A DNA stretch of 64,000 bases from Dendrobates tinctorius (Eukaryota). Position 1 is the stretch's first letter; every line of letters begins with the position of its first letter. The DNA lies in contig NW_027361761.1 in assembly GCF_039654945.1 (NCBI RefSeq), positions 22,134,001 to 22,198,000 of the forward strand, in the 5' to 3' direction. Below, one piece after another: positions 26,090-37,005 of the stretch. The position numbers and the translations under genes were made by a program. The notes beneath the pieces are model-generated. The model worked only from the letters and a program-made list of their open reading frames with translations. It ran no database searches and was not told the origin of the DNA.

Positions 26090-26172
26090 GCCAAACCAGA
26101 ATCTCAGTTTGCAGACACTGTTTCGGGGGGTACTGCCCCCCATCAGTGCAAAAGTGTGAGATCTGGTTTGGC
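26090..26172 (-). ncRNA. Type I hammerhead ribozyme motif (Penelope/retrozyme type) with a core A9>G change
   Basis: Minus strand: GCCAAACCAGATCTCACACTTTTGCA-CTGATGG-GGGGCAGTACCCCCC-GAAA-CAGTGTC-TGCAAACTGAGATTCTGGTTTGGC. Confidence 0.7.
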
Positions 26173-27673
26173 TGAGTGACAGGCGTCTAACCGAGGTCCA
26201 AGAAGTATTGTTTAAGTTAGGCATGCACTGAATGAGCAGTGGTGGCGATACAGGATATCACCAATATAGTGCATCTTTTACCCTAGGGTGTTGCAGCATT
26301 TCAGAGAAAACATACTTTGAAGAGCCAGCCGAGGAAGAGGTGTCTCCAATGACTAGTCAGAGACCGTGCCCTACGGCTTCTCCTCTCCAGATCCCTTAGA
26401 CTGGAAGGTCTCTCCATATGGCAGTGTACAGATAGTAGACACAATTGTAAGGCAGCGGAGAAGCCCCCGAGACACATGGTGGTCAGTTGTCCAAGTCATG
26501 ATCTATCTGAAACACTACAGTGATAAAAAGGATTTGGCTATGAGGATAGTCCACCCAAAATTTAGAGAAAAGGTGTAATAAGCAGCATCTAAATATAAAT
26601 CTCCATATACATCGTCCATGCCACCTAGCACCGCTAACCTACTGTATTACAATCCCAAGTACAGCGCACAGATCCTTCATCTCCCTCCATCATAAAGACC
26701 AGGCCAATCACAAGAGATAAAATAACCAATTAAGGTGAAGGCTCCAGAATAATCCTACAATGCAGCCCGAAATACAGACTAAACCCAGAACCCAAAAGAA
26801 ACCCACCTCCCCACCCCCAAGATAATGCTTCCGCCACTTTGTAAGAACCTTTGCGGAACGGTGTGATGAACATGATGGATTCAAGAGGATGACCCGTTTC
26901 CAAATTCTTCAGATGTGAATCCGACCCCCCATGTCTGGGATGGCCTGGAAAACCAAGTCCAATCCATAGAGATAAAAAAGTACCACAACCTGGCGTCAGA
27001 CACCACAGCACACCTACACACATTTTTGTAAAGTTCAATAACAAAATACAATGCAAAAAAAACTTTTTTAAAAAACAAATATATTTCGTAAACTATAAAG
27101 TTCCAATAACATCATGTACAATAGACAGAAAAAGTTTAGGGTTTTATTCTGCATTTTTGCTTTAATTATAAAGAAAAAAATATATGAATGTACAGAAAAA
27201 AAAAAAAAGATAAAAACGTGGTGCTTTAAAAAAAAAAAATAATAATTTTTTTTTATGACTGCTGGGATGGGAAGAAAAACCACCCCACAATTTTGATTCT
27301 CAAGGTGTTAACAGGCACAGTCTACCTCAAATTTCTAACAGAAAGCGCTCACAGCCTAAACCCTGGTACTCGCAGCCAATAGGTCATCTGTCTGAGCGAC
27401 TGATCATTCACAGAAAAGGCTCGGGTACACTGCATTTCGATGGCGATCTTTTGTCCCACTTGAGAGCAGTTGACCTCAGTACTGCCTTGCAGCAGCTTAC
27501 TCCTCTCTCCCCATCGAAATCACAATGCAAATGGCGGATCCGAGCCATCATGTGTATGGAGGGAGAGATTGCGCTTGTCTGATTTCTCTGGAACGTATTG
27601 CTTACAACCTAGCCAGCGACCTACCCCATCTTTCACCTGGCTAACATATACAGAGTATTACTATGGCTGGATG

Positions 27674-27950
27674 CTACAAGGTAGCGGCTCTGGAGGACTT
27701 CTTACATTTGAAGATCACAGCTTCTGTCGACCCCAGGCTTACCGGATGAGACTCAACATGAATCAGAGTCGGAAAATCAAGAGTTCTCTCTGAAATTTGT
27801 TCTTCTGCCTTGGCGTTTTCACCACCACGTTGCGATCCGCCATCCTGCAGGTTTTCACTTTCCATAGACTTGAACTTGTAATTTGTTTTCAGACGATAGT
27901 AAAGCTTTTGGCTGAGTAGTAACACGAGGACGCCCCCGACGCGCAGGACC
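27674..27950 (-). CDS. THUMPD2: THUMPD2 exon 10 (last coding exon)
   Basis: Acceptor tgtgcag; VLRVGGVLVLLLS...HPVSLGSTEAVIFKCKK; TAG stop. Confidence 0.9.
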
Positions 27951-28793
27951 CTGCACATACAAGAGAGGACGATATGAACATGTCTGCAGACAACGCAACA
28001 TATGAGGCCTGGAAGTCACGCCATCCTTTGTATCGAGGCTCAGGAGCATTGTGCATTGAAGCCCCCCTGCAGAGGGATACTGTGTATATAGAGTCCATCG
28101 TTATCTACATGGCGGTGGCCACATAATTAACACACGTGACTGCTTCTCTCCTGTTCTTTGCAGGCACCCAACATTCAGCACGTGCAGAACCTCCTGTACC
28201 CATGCATGCACTCAATGTCCTTATAGCATGTACTCAACAGGGATGGCGGTCACTCAAGTGACTGAAAGGCTACCATGCTAACAGATTACACATAGTATAG
28301 ATTCACAGTAAGGGGGCTTTCATGGGGCTGCTGACTGCGGCTCACTATGTCGGTACATGTCTGACCCATGTGGACCAGAAACGACTCACTGTCCAGCATA
28401 TAGGAATGCTCAGGCCTCGTTATTGTCCCAGGGTAGGAACCCAAAACCCATGACTGGTCTCTATTCTGGTAGCCCCCATTGGGTATTATTAATCTCTAGA
28501 GTCAGTTTTCAGCACGATGGACATTCCTCATACACCTCAGTGCCTCCAGTATTCAGATTAGTGCCCATTTCTATTTTTCCTTTCCAAAACAATCGCATGG
28601 TGTAGTGCTGTCGAAAGTCTGAATCACGACTCCCCAGCGGAGAGATGGACACAGCACCGTCATCTTCATCAGCACTGGTCTACCAAAGCAAAGATGGGGG
28701 TGTGATTTAGACTATCCACAAAAAAAAAAATTTAATAATATGGGATAATACATTTCTAATCTGTACTCGCTGTCAGCCTTGGTTATAACTTAC

Positions 28794-28914
28794 CTTTCCA
28801 TTTGATGAATGATGTCCGGCAGAAGCTCGGTTATATCTTTGGAACAGGTGAACTTTCTCCCAAATGGTATATCCGAAACGACAACGTCCATGCTCTCGGG
28901 GATAACTGGAAGGT
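28794..28914 (-). CDS. THUMPD2: THUMPD2 exon 9
   Basis: LPVIPESMDVVVSDIPFGRKF...QME; donor gtaagt. Confidence 0.9.
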
Positions 28915-29039
28915 CTGTATGAGCGACAGAACAGGTGATTAGTGGTGGCTTCATGACAGATTAAAAAAAAACAAAAAAACAAAGCCTCACAACAAGCCAA
29001 TGGCGAAACCTTCCGTCCTAGAGTACAAGCTCAGGTTAT

Positions 29040-29205
29040 AGCAGGGCTAGCAAAGTGGCTTTGGGTCCTGGGATCAAATCCCACCAAGGAATTTTATGTT
29101 CTCCCCCATGTTTGCGAAGGTTTCCTCCCATACTCCCAATACATACTGATAGGGAATCTAGATTGTGATCCCCAATGGGGACAGAGATAATGATGGCTGT
29201 AAAGG
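29040..29205 (+). mobile_element. Decayed tRNA-derived SINE (V-SINE-like)
   Basis: B-box-like GGATCAAATCCC followed by ATGTTCTCCCCCATGTTTGCG..GGTTTCCTCC. Confidence 0.45.
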
Positions 29206-29468
29206 GAATCGGTCATGTTAAAAAAACAAAAAAAACTCTATTAACCTGCAGATATGGGAATAATCTGCAGATAATAGAGATGTGAAACTGCCTGGCGCTT
29301 GCAGCGAGAGCACCGCTGCCTGGAGAAAATGAACTTAATTTTCTCCCGTGAGGCTCAAGCATTCGGTCATTGGGGAGGGCCGGTGCGGCCTCAGTCCCCG
29401 CACCCCCGACACTGCCTGACAGCAGCTCTAATGCTCATTAGCTTGATCCCGTCTCAGCGAGGTCTTAC

Positions 29469-29583
29469 CCAGTACGGATCCTCTCAGGAAGGCTATGGAG
29501 CCCAACACGCCGGCTTTCGTCACATTCTTTAAAGCGATTTTTAATTGGGATTCACTTTTGTCAATGCCAAGGAAAATCGCGTG
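29469..29583 (-). CDS. THUMPD2: THUMPD2 exon 8
   Basis: HAIFLGIDKSESQLKIALKNVTKAG...; 115 nt; donor gtaaga. Confidence 0.88.
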
Positions 29584-30133
29584 CTGGGAAGAAAAAAAGG
29601 TCACATTATTATTATTATTATTTCAGCTCTCCATGGTGCCATATTTTAACCCTTCACCCATCAGGCAATTTTAGGTGTTTGTGCTCGTGTTTTTCATCCT
29701 CTTCTTCCAAGAGTCATAACTTATTTATCTTGCGTTCAACATGACAATAGTTTTGCAGAACAATGTTGTAGTTTTGAAGGCACCATTCATTATATCAAAT
29801 AATCTATGGAAAAATGGGAGGGGAAAAAAAAAAGCACTTCTGTCACTGTATTTTGCTTTAATGGCATTCATTGCAAGGTATCAACGACCCAGTAACACGA
29901 TTCTGCAGTTTAGGCTGGAGTCACACTTGCCGTATGAAAAATCGGTCCGATTTTGATGGCCGAGAATCGCACCAATGTTTTCCGTATGGTGATCCGTATG
30001 TAATCTGTTTGCAATGCGAGAATGAGATCTCGAGATCTCCTCGCATCTAGGTTCAGTGTGACATCCGTTTGCAACGTGATTTTAACCTGAGCTCTTACAT
30101 CCTTACATCCAGCAGTTCTCTGTCATTGACACA

Positions 30134-30304
30134 NNNNNNNNNNNNNNNNNNNNNNNNNNNNNNNNNNNNNNNNNNNNNNNNNNNNNNNNNNNNNNNNNNN
30201 NNNNNNNNNNNNNNNNNNNNNNNNNNNNNNNNNNNNNNNNNNNNNNNNNNNNNNNNNNNNNNNNNNNNNNNNNNNNNNNNNNNNNNNNNNNNNNNNNNNN
30301 NNNN
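30134..30304. other. Assembly gap (171 N) in THUMPD2 intron 7
   Basis: Run of N. Confidence 1.
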
Positions 30305-30645
30305 TTGGACACACCTTCTCATTCAAAGAGTTTTCTTTCTTTTCATGACTATGAAAAAAATTGTAGATTCACTCTGAAGGCATCAAAACTATGAATTAAC
30401 ACATGTGAAATTATATAATTAACAAAAAAGTGTGAAACAACTGAAAATATGTCTTATATTCTAGGTTCTTCAAAGTAGCCACCTTTTGCTTTGATTACTG
30501 CTTTGCACACTCTTGCATTCTCTTGATGAGCTTCAAGAGGTAGTCACCATAAATGGTCTTCCAACAGTCTTGAAGGAGTTCCCAGAGATGCTTAGCACTT
30601 GTTGGCCCTTTTGCCTTCACTATGCGATCCAGCTCACCCCAACTT
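30305..30645. mobile_element. Tc1-like terminal fragment
   Basis: TTGGACACACCTTCTCATTCAAAGAG...TTCTTCAAAGTAGCCACC, typical of fish/frog Tc1 ends. Confidence 0.6.
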
Positions 30646-30823
30646 GTTGCCTGTCCTTAGCAGTGGTTTCATCGACGATGTCCTTTTTATTTGGTCAGGG
30701 GGTCCAGATACATTGACACAGTTTTTAACGGACATAAATAAAAATCAATATTTTTTTAAATTTTAATGCGGTGACGAGTAGGGTGTCAATAAATTTTTTA
30801 GATCTTAATATTTTTATAGACAA

Positions 30824-31485
30824 ATAAGCCAACAACAGAGTGAAAATAACAAAGTTCACTAAATTACAAAACGTATATGGATATTCATAATAAATATATT
30901 AACCTACTCAAAAATGAATACACCAAAAAGAGTCCAAAAGAATGAGACTCAAATAAATTTATTGAAAAATTACAGGTATAAACAGAACCAAAATAACATA
31001 ATAAAAAAATATTACATAATGTGTAATCACAAAAAATACATATATATTAAACACAGTGACCACAAAAGATACAGAATCATACAGAAAATGATAAGGGTAG
31101 TAATACCAATAAAGTGCATAATGTAAGCTGAAAAAAACCAGCTACTATAAAAAGTGCATATTAATAATGTAAACCCAAATCAAAAATACCTGTAATAAGT
31201 GGCTCAGTGTGTAAAAGCTCCCTCCAACGTACGTTTCGCCCACTGTGGCTTTTTCACTCCTTACATTATGCACTTTATTGGTATTACTACCCTTATCATT
31301 TTCTGTATGATTCTGTATCTTTTGTGGTCACTGTGTTTAATATATATGTATTTTTTGTGATTACACATTATGTAATATTTTTTTATTATGTTATTTTGGT
31401 TCTGTTTATACCTGTAATTTTTCAATAAATTTATTTGAGTCTCATTCTTTTGGACTCTTTTTGGTGTATTCATTTTTGAGTAGGC
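30824..31485. mobile_element. Fold-back Penelope-derived non-autonomous insert
   Basis: 18-bp TSD TAATATTTTTATAGACAA at 30806-30823 and 31486-31503; ~225-bp inverted arms at 30903-31127 and 31260-31484; degenerate HHR-like GAAACGTACGTT in the loop. Confidence 0.7.
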
Positions 31486-32200
31486 TAATATTTTTATAGA
31501 CAATGGAACTATCCACACTAAAACATATCATAAACCAACTGACTAATAACTATATTTCGCAGAACAGTTGTCATTTACCCACTTGGCTCATCAATGTCCC
31601 AAAGAGTCAATTTATACGAGCACATAGAAATTGTTCACGAAAACAAGGTTTTCTAGATGAAACAAATACACTAATGGATAAATTTAAGGTGAAAGGATAG
31701 AGAGAGGATTTCCTTCTGGATAAAAGAGAAAACAATAAATAATATTCCTAGGGATAACTTACTCCAAGATAAACATAACCGTGACTCACAATATGATGAT
31801 TTCCCAATCATAACCCAGTACAGTGCAAATACTCATATTCTTTTCCAAAGATTTTATTTGGATTTTAAAATAACAGGCAAGAATAGGGAGTAAGGGCAGG
31901 AGAGGAAGGAGGGGGGGGGAGAGGATAGGGATGGGAAGGGAAAGAAAAAAAAGGAGGGACATAGGTAAAATAACAATGCAACAATATAACAATATAACAA
32001 GAGTGATATTACACTTATAGGGTATATAATGCCCAGGTCACTGGGGGTGTAAAAGGTATAAACAAAACAGCTGCGAACAAACGCATAACGAGAGATTGTA
32101 GCCAATTAAGGCCAATCATAAGTGAGCAAATATTTAACAAGGATTAGTAGACGAAATATACAATTAAATGGTAGCGCCTAGAAGTTGGTGGTGAGAGAAA

Positions 32201-35200
32201 TTAAGTTATAGGGGACGGAAAGGCCTTGTCCCATTTGTTCCATTTTTTATAAAATTTTCCAAACTGATTATTAATCAGAGCAAAATTCAGTTCATGTGCT
32301 CTATGTTGCTGGACTAGGTGGAAGATAACCTCTGGATTTGGGAGTATTTTGTTTTTCCAGTGGAAAGTGATGAAATTTTTTGCTACAAGACAAAGATGAA
32401 TGAATATGGGTTGGAGTGCCAAGTCTAGTTCGTCTAGGTTAAGGGAAAGAAGGGCCATTTGAGGGGTGAGGGTTAAAGTTTTGTTAGAGAGTTTATTGAG
32501 AGAGGTAGAGATCCAAGACCAGACTGTTTTGACTCTGGGACATTCCCAAAACATATGCAATAGGTCTCCCTTGAAGCCGCAGTCTCTCCAGCAAAGGGGT
32601 GAGGATGAGTTTGAAGGACCGAAGTGTGCTAATTTTGCCGGAGTAAGGTACCAATTACTAATAGTTTTAAAGTATGTCTCTTGAAGTGGAAATGAGATTG
32701 TGGAGTTGTACGTTTTGGAGAGAGCCTCTTCCCATTGTTCAGGAGAAAAGGTGGATTTTAGGGTTTTTTCCCAGGTAACCATATAAGGGCTTTTTGACAA
32801 ACTATCGTCGTTGTTGAAGGAGTCATAGAGAAAGCCATGACTCCAAAAGATTTTATGATGAGGATTGAGTAAGACTTTTATGGAAGCGTGAGTAAAGTTC
32901 ATTTTTGACTAAAGAAAAGCGAGGACATTATCTTTTAAGAGGATGAATTCTAAGAATAAGGAATGAGGGACGTTAAAGTTTTTTCTTAGCGATGCAAAGT
33001 CTACGAAATTGGAGCCGTTGTGGATATCTCCCAATTTTGTGATTTTTAATTCTGGCCAAATAGTAGGGAGGGTTACGTTAGAGAGGCTAAAAATAAGAGT
33101 AAGGGGTATGTTTTTTAGAATGGGGAATTTGTGTGTCCGTCTGCTTGGTTTGGAGAATTTACACCAAGCTTGAGCAATGGACAGGAATAGAGGGTGAGCG
33201 TTAAAGTTAGGAAGATGATTTGAGATTGCTTGAGTGATGATGTTGCTTAACTGTTTACCATTGTTTAAAAATAGTTCCAAGTCAAACCAGGCCGGAGGTT
33301 CATGTTGGGAAATCCAATGGACACTTTGTTTAATCAGAAGAGTTTGATAATGGGCGATAATGTTGGGAAGGCCCATCCCCCCATTCCCTTTTTTCCTGTG
33401 TAATGATGAGGAAGAAGTCCTAGATTTTTTTCCTCCCCACAGGAAGGTTTTGAACAAAGATTGGATGTTTGTCAGAAGTATGACCGGGATGGGCAGAGGG
33501 AGGCATCGGAGAACATATAGAATTTTTGGAAGGATGTGTGTTTTAAGGATATAATTTTTTCCCCACCAAGAGAGATTTTTCTCTTTAAAGATTAAGCAAT
33601 CTTTGCTTATTGAATCTGTCAAATTTCTCAGATTTATCTTCCCCATAAGGTGGAGATTATTACAGAGGGAAATACCTAGGTAAGGAATCTCTCTGTTGCA
33701 CCAGTTAAGGGATGTTTTTTCCTTTATTGCATCTGTTTGTTTAGTGTCAAGATTAAGGGGAAGGATGTTTGATTTTGACTGGTTGATTTTGTAGTTAGAT
33801 AGGTCCGAGAATTTGTCTAGTTCATTGAAAACCTCAGATGAAGAGTTTTGGGGGTCAGTTAAAGTCAAAATGATGTCATCTGCGAATAGGCTGATTTTGT
33901 GTTCCTTGTGTTGGGTATGGATTCCTTTAATTTTGGCATTGTTACGAATGTGTTCGGCTAAGGGTTCGAGAGCCAAGTTGAAAAGTAGGGGTGATAGAGG
34001 GCACCCCTGTCTGGTGCCGTTCGAGATAGCAAAGGGGTTTGAGATATGATTGTTGGAGGTTATTTTCGCGCTTGGGTTTGAGTATAGTGCCATAATAGTG
34101 GTCACTAATTTTTGATTGAATCCAAATTTGAAAAGAGTGTGTCTAAGGAAGTCCCAATTTATGCGGTCAAAGGCCTTCTCGGCATCTAGTGATATTAAAG
34201 TTGTTGGAGTTTTAGTTGAGTTGGCGTACCTAATAACGTTTATTAATCTCCTTGTGGCGTCTGCGGGTTGTCTCCCATGGGTGAATCCCATTTGGTCATT
34301 GGCCAGAAGATACGGGAGAAAGTTACTCAACCTATTGGCTATTATTTTGGAGAACAGTTTTATGTCTGTGTTGATGAGGGAAATGGGGCGATAATTGGTC
34401 ATTAGTTCAGGGTTACCTTTAGGTTTTGGAATCAGGACAATCGAGGCCTCAAGCATTTCCTTTGGAAATAGCCCCCGAACTGCGGCAAAGTTGAATACTT
34501 CTGCAAGGTGAGGAGATAAGAGTTTACTGAAGGTTTTGTAGTATGAATTGTTGAAGCCGTCGGGGCCTGGGGATTTGTGGAGGGGGAATTTGTTAATAGT
34601 ATCTTCTATTTCAATAGGGGAGAAAGGGGCAGACATAAAGGCCAGGTCGTCGGTTGATAAAGAGGGAAGATTGATTGAGTTGAGGTAGTCATTGATATCT
34701 TGCGAGTTAGGTTGGGAAGAGGAAGAAGTTGGTTTGAGGTTATATAATTTTTGGTAAAATTGGGCAAATTCGTTAACTATGTCTTGGGGGTGGGATAGAA
34801 TGCCGTTTTTGGAGGTGGCTACTATTCTGTTGTGAACTCTTTTATTCTTTACCCTATTTGACATGAAAGAAGTTGGTTTATTTAGTGCAGAATAATATTT
34901 AAATTTTGAGGATTTTACTACAGCATCATAAGGAGTGCTGATAAGTGATTTGAGCTTTTGTCTCAGAGTCAAGAGTTCAAGTTGGAGAGAGGAAGATTGG
35001 GAATGATGGGCTAATAATTCGGATTCTTTATTGTGGATTTTGGTTTGGACTTCCAAGATATTCCTTCTATTCTCTTTTTTAATTTTTGATGAAATATCAA
35101 TGAAAATACCTCTAAGTACAGCCTTGTGGGTGCACCAATTATTGAAAGGGTTGGTTGAGGAGGATTTGTTATCTAGGAAGAATTGGGAAATGGCCTTTTC

Positions 35201-35977
35201 TATTTTTTGCTTGTGAAAGGTGTCGTGAAGGATGTTGGAGTTACATCTCCACATATTAGCTTTCTTAAGAGGGGGACCTAATTGAATAAGACTGTGTACT
35301 GGTGAATGATCAGAGAAGGACTTTTTGCCTATAGAAACCTCCTGGAGTCTGGGGAGAGTGAACACGTCTGTAAGGATTAGATCAATCCGGGATGCGGACT
35401 GATGTACGTCTGAAAAGAAAGTGTACTCTCTTGACGACGTGTTTAGACACCTGAAGACGTCGAAAAGTTCGTTTTTAAAGATCCACTGATTTAGGTTATT
35501 TGAGGGACTACGGGTGTGTGAGGAAGAGTCAACAGTGCTATCCGGTGTAATGTTGAAATCTCCAGCAAGAATTAGTTCACCTTTTCTAACCTTGGAAATG
35601 ATTTTCAGGAGCTTGTTTAGAAAGCGAAGCTGGTGCCGGTTGGGGGCGTATAGGTTAACTAGGGTACAGATTTGTTCATTAATTTTGCAGATCAAGATGA
35701 GGTATCTACCGTTAGTATCTTTATGTTCATCTATGATTTCAAAGGGAGTTGAAGAACTTATCATAGTGATTACACCTGCTTTTTTCTGAGGGCCACAAGA
35801 TGTAAAAATGTGGGGGAACTTTTTGTGGTGGAGGTGTGGATGGTTGTTAATCATGAACTTAGACTCCTGAATACATGCAATGTCAAGGTGTGATCTTTCT
35901 AGTTCCCTCCAGAGGGAGAACCTCTTCCATGGGCTATTTAGGCCTTTCACATTGTAGGAGGTGAGTTTAAAACTCAT
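32201..35977 (-). pseudogene. L1 ORF2 (APE endonuclease, RT, CCHC) interrupted by one in-frame TAG at 32909-32911
   Basis: YNVKGLN, GDFN, SDH, PGPDG, QGCPLSP, FADD, CWRDC..HMFWEC; the 1022-aa and 233-aa ORFs share a frame. Confidence 0.93.
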
Positions 35978-36273
35978 GATAGATCTAATTTGGATTAGGT
36001 ATGGGGATGATCAGTAAGGAGCTATGTAGCTTGGAACCTGGAGCAAATGAATACAATGATAGAGAATAAACCAATACTCGAATACAATCGGTATGTATCG
36101 GCAAAAGAAACAACCTATAAAGAGAAAAGTAGATTGTGAACAATAAACAGTAAACATAAGCAGAACACTAAATAATGAACTGCTACTAAGCACTCGGGGT
36201 ATTACACATGGACGGGTAATAGTGAAACCCAATGTAAACGTGAAAAGAACCTAGTAGACATTAAAGTTATTTA

Positions 36274-37005
36274 TCATTTTCCAGTATTTTGTCTTGGTCT
36301 GGAGATGGATTTTAGAAAATTGGCGCCTTCCTCTGGGGTGAAGACAGGGATAACTTTGCCCTGGTGGCGGATTAGGAGCTTGAGGGGGAACCCCCAATTG
36401 TACGGGATTCCTTTATCTCTGAGGGCAGAGGTGACGCTGGAAAAGGAGCGTCTAGCGTCCAATGTGAATTTTGACAGGTCAGGAAAGACCTTCAGATCAC
36501 TGTACGGGTCCGGGAATGTTTTTTGGTCCTTTAGGTACTTTAGAATTTTTTCCTTCGTTTGGAAGAAGTGTACCCTCAGGATTGTATCCCTGGGGATATC
36601 AGCTGCTAGTTTTGATGGCCGTGGAAGTCTATGAGCCCTGTCTATCTCGAGATCGGAAGAAGAGAGGTTTGGGATAGCTGTTTTGAAGATATCTTTAATA
36701 TGGTCAGAGAGATGTTCTGGAGGAATGCTTTCCGGGATGCCACGTATCTTTAGATTGTTGCGGCGGCTTCTATCCTCCACGTCTGAGAGTTTGAGTTTGA
36801 GTTTGTAGACCTCAGCAGAAAGTTCCTTTAAGTCAAAGGACGAATCAGTTGATTTGCGTTCGAGTTTTTGTAGTCTCTCTTCATGATTGATAATTTTTTC
36901 AGAGAACTTTTCGAAGATTGAATTTAATTTGAGGTCAAGCTGTTTACTGTGGTCTTTGAAGTTTTTGTCCATATCCCTTCCCATTTTTTCAGATAGATTA
37001 ACCAA
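36274..37005 (-). CDS. L1 ORF1 (coiled coil, RRM, CTD); the N-terminal part is probably in the frameshifted ORF 37057-37518
   Basis: EDRSRRNNLKIRGIPE, IDRAHR, VFPDLS, WGFPLKL. Confidence 0.88.
   Translation of the reverse strand: MVNLSEKMGRDMDKNFKDHSKQLDLKLNSIFEKFSEKIINHEERLQKLERKSTDSSFDLKELSAEVYKLKLKLSDVEDRSRRNNLKIRGIPESIPPEHLSDHIKDIFKTAIPNLSSSDLEIDRAHRLPRPSKLAADIPRDTILRVHFFQTKEKILKYLKDQKTFPDPYSDLKVFPDLSKFTLDARRSFSSVTSALRDKGIPYNWGFPLKLLIRHQGKVIPVFTPEEGANFLKSISRPRQNTGK

Noticed and set aside
30069-30377. ORFs spanning the N gap, and a possible missing THUMPD2 exon in the gap
   Set aside because: The ORFs are artefacts of N translation; exons 7 and 8 join in frame without an extra exon
30914-31518. 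Identical 70-aa peptides on opposite strands
   Set aside because: A consequence of the inverted repeat; AT-rich with no coding signature
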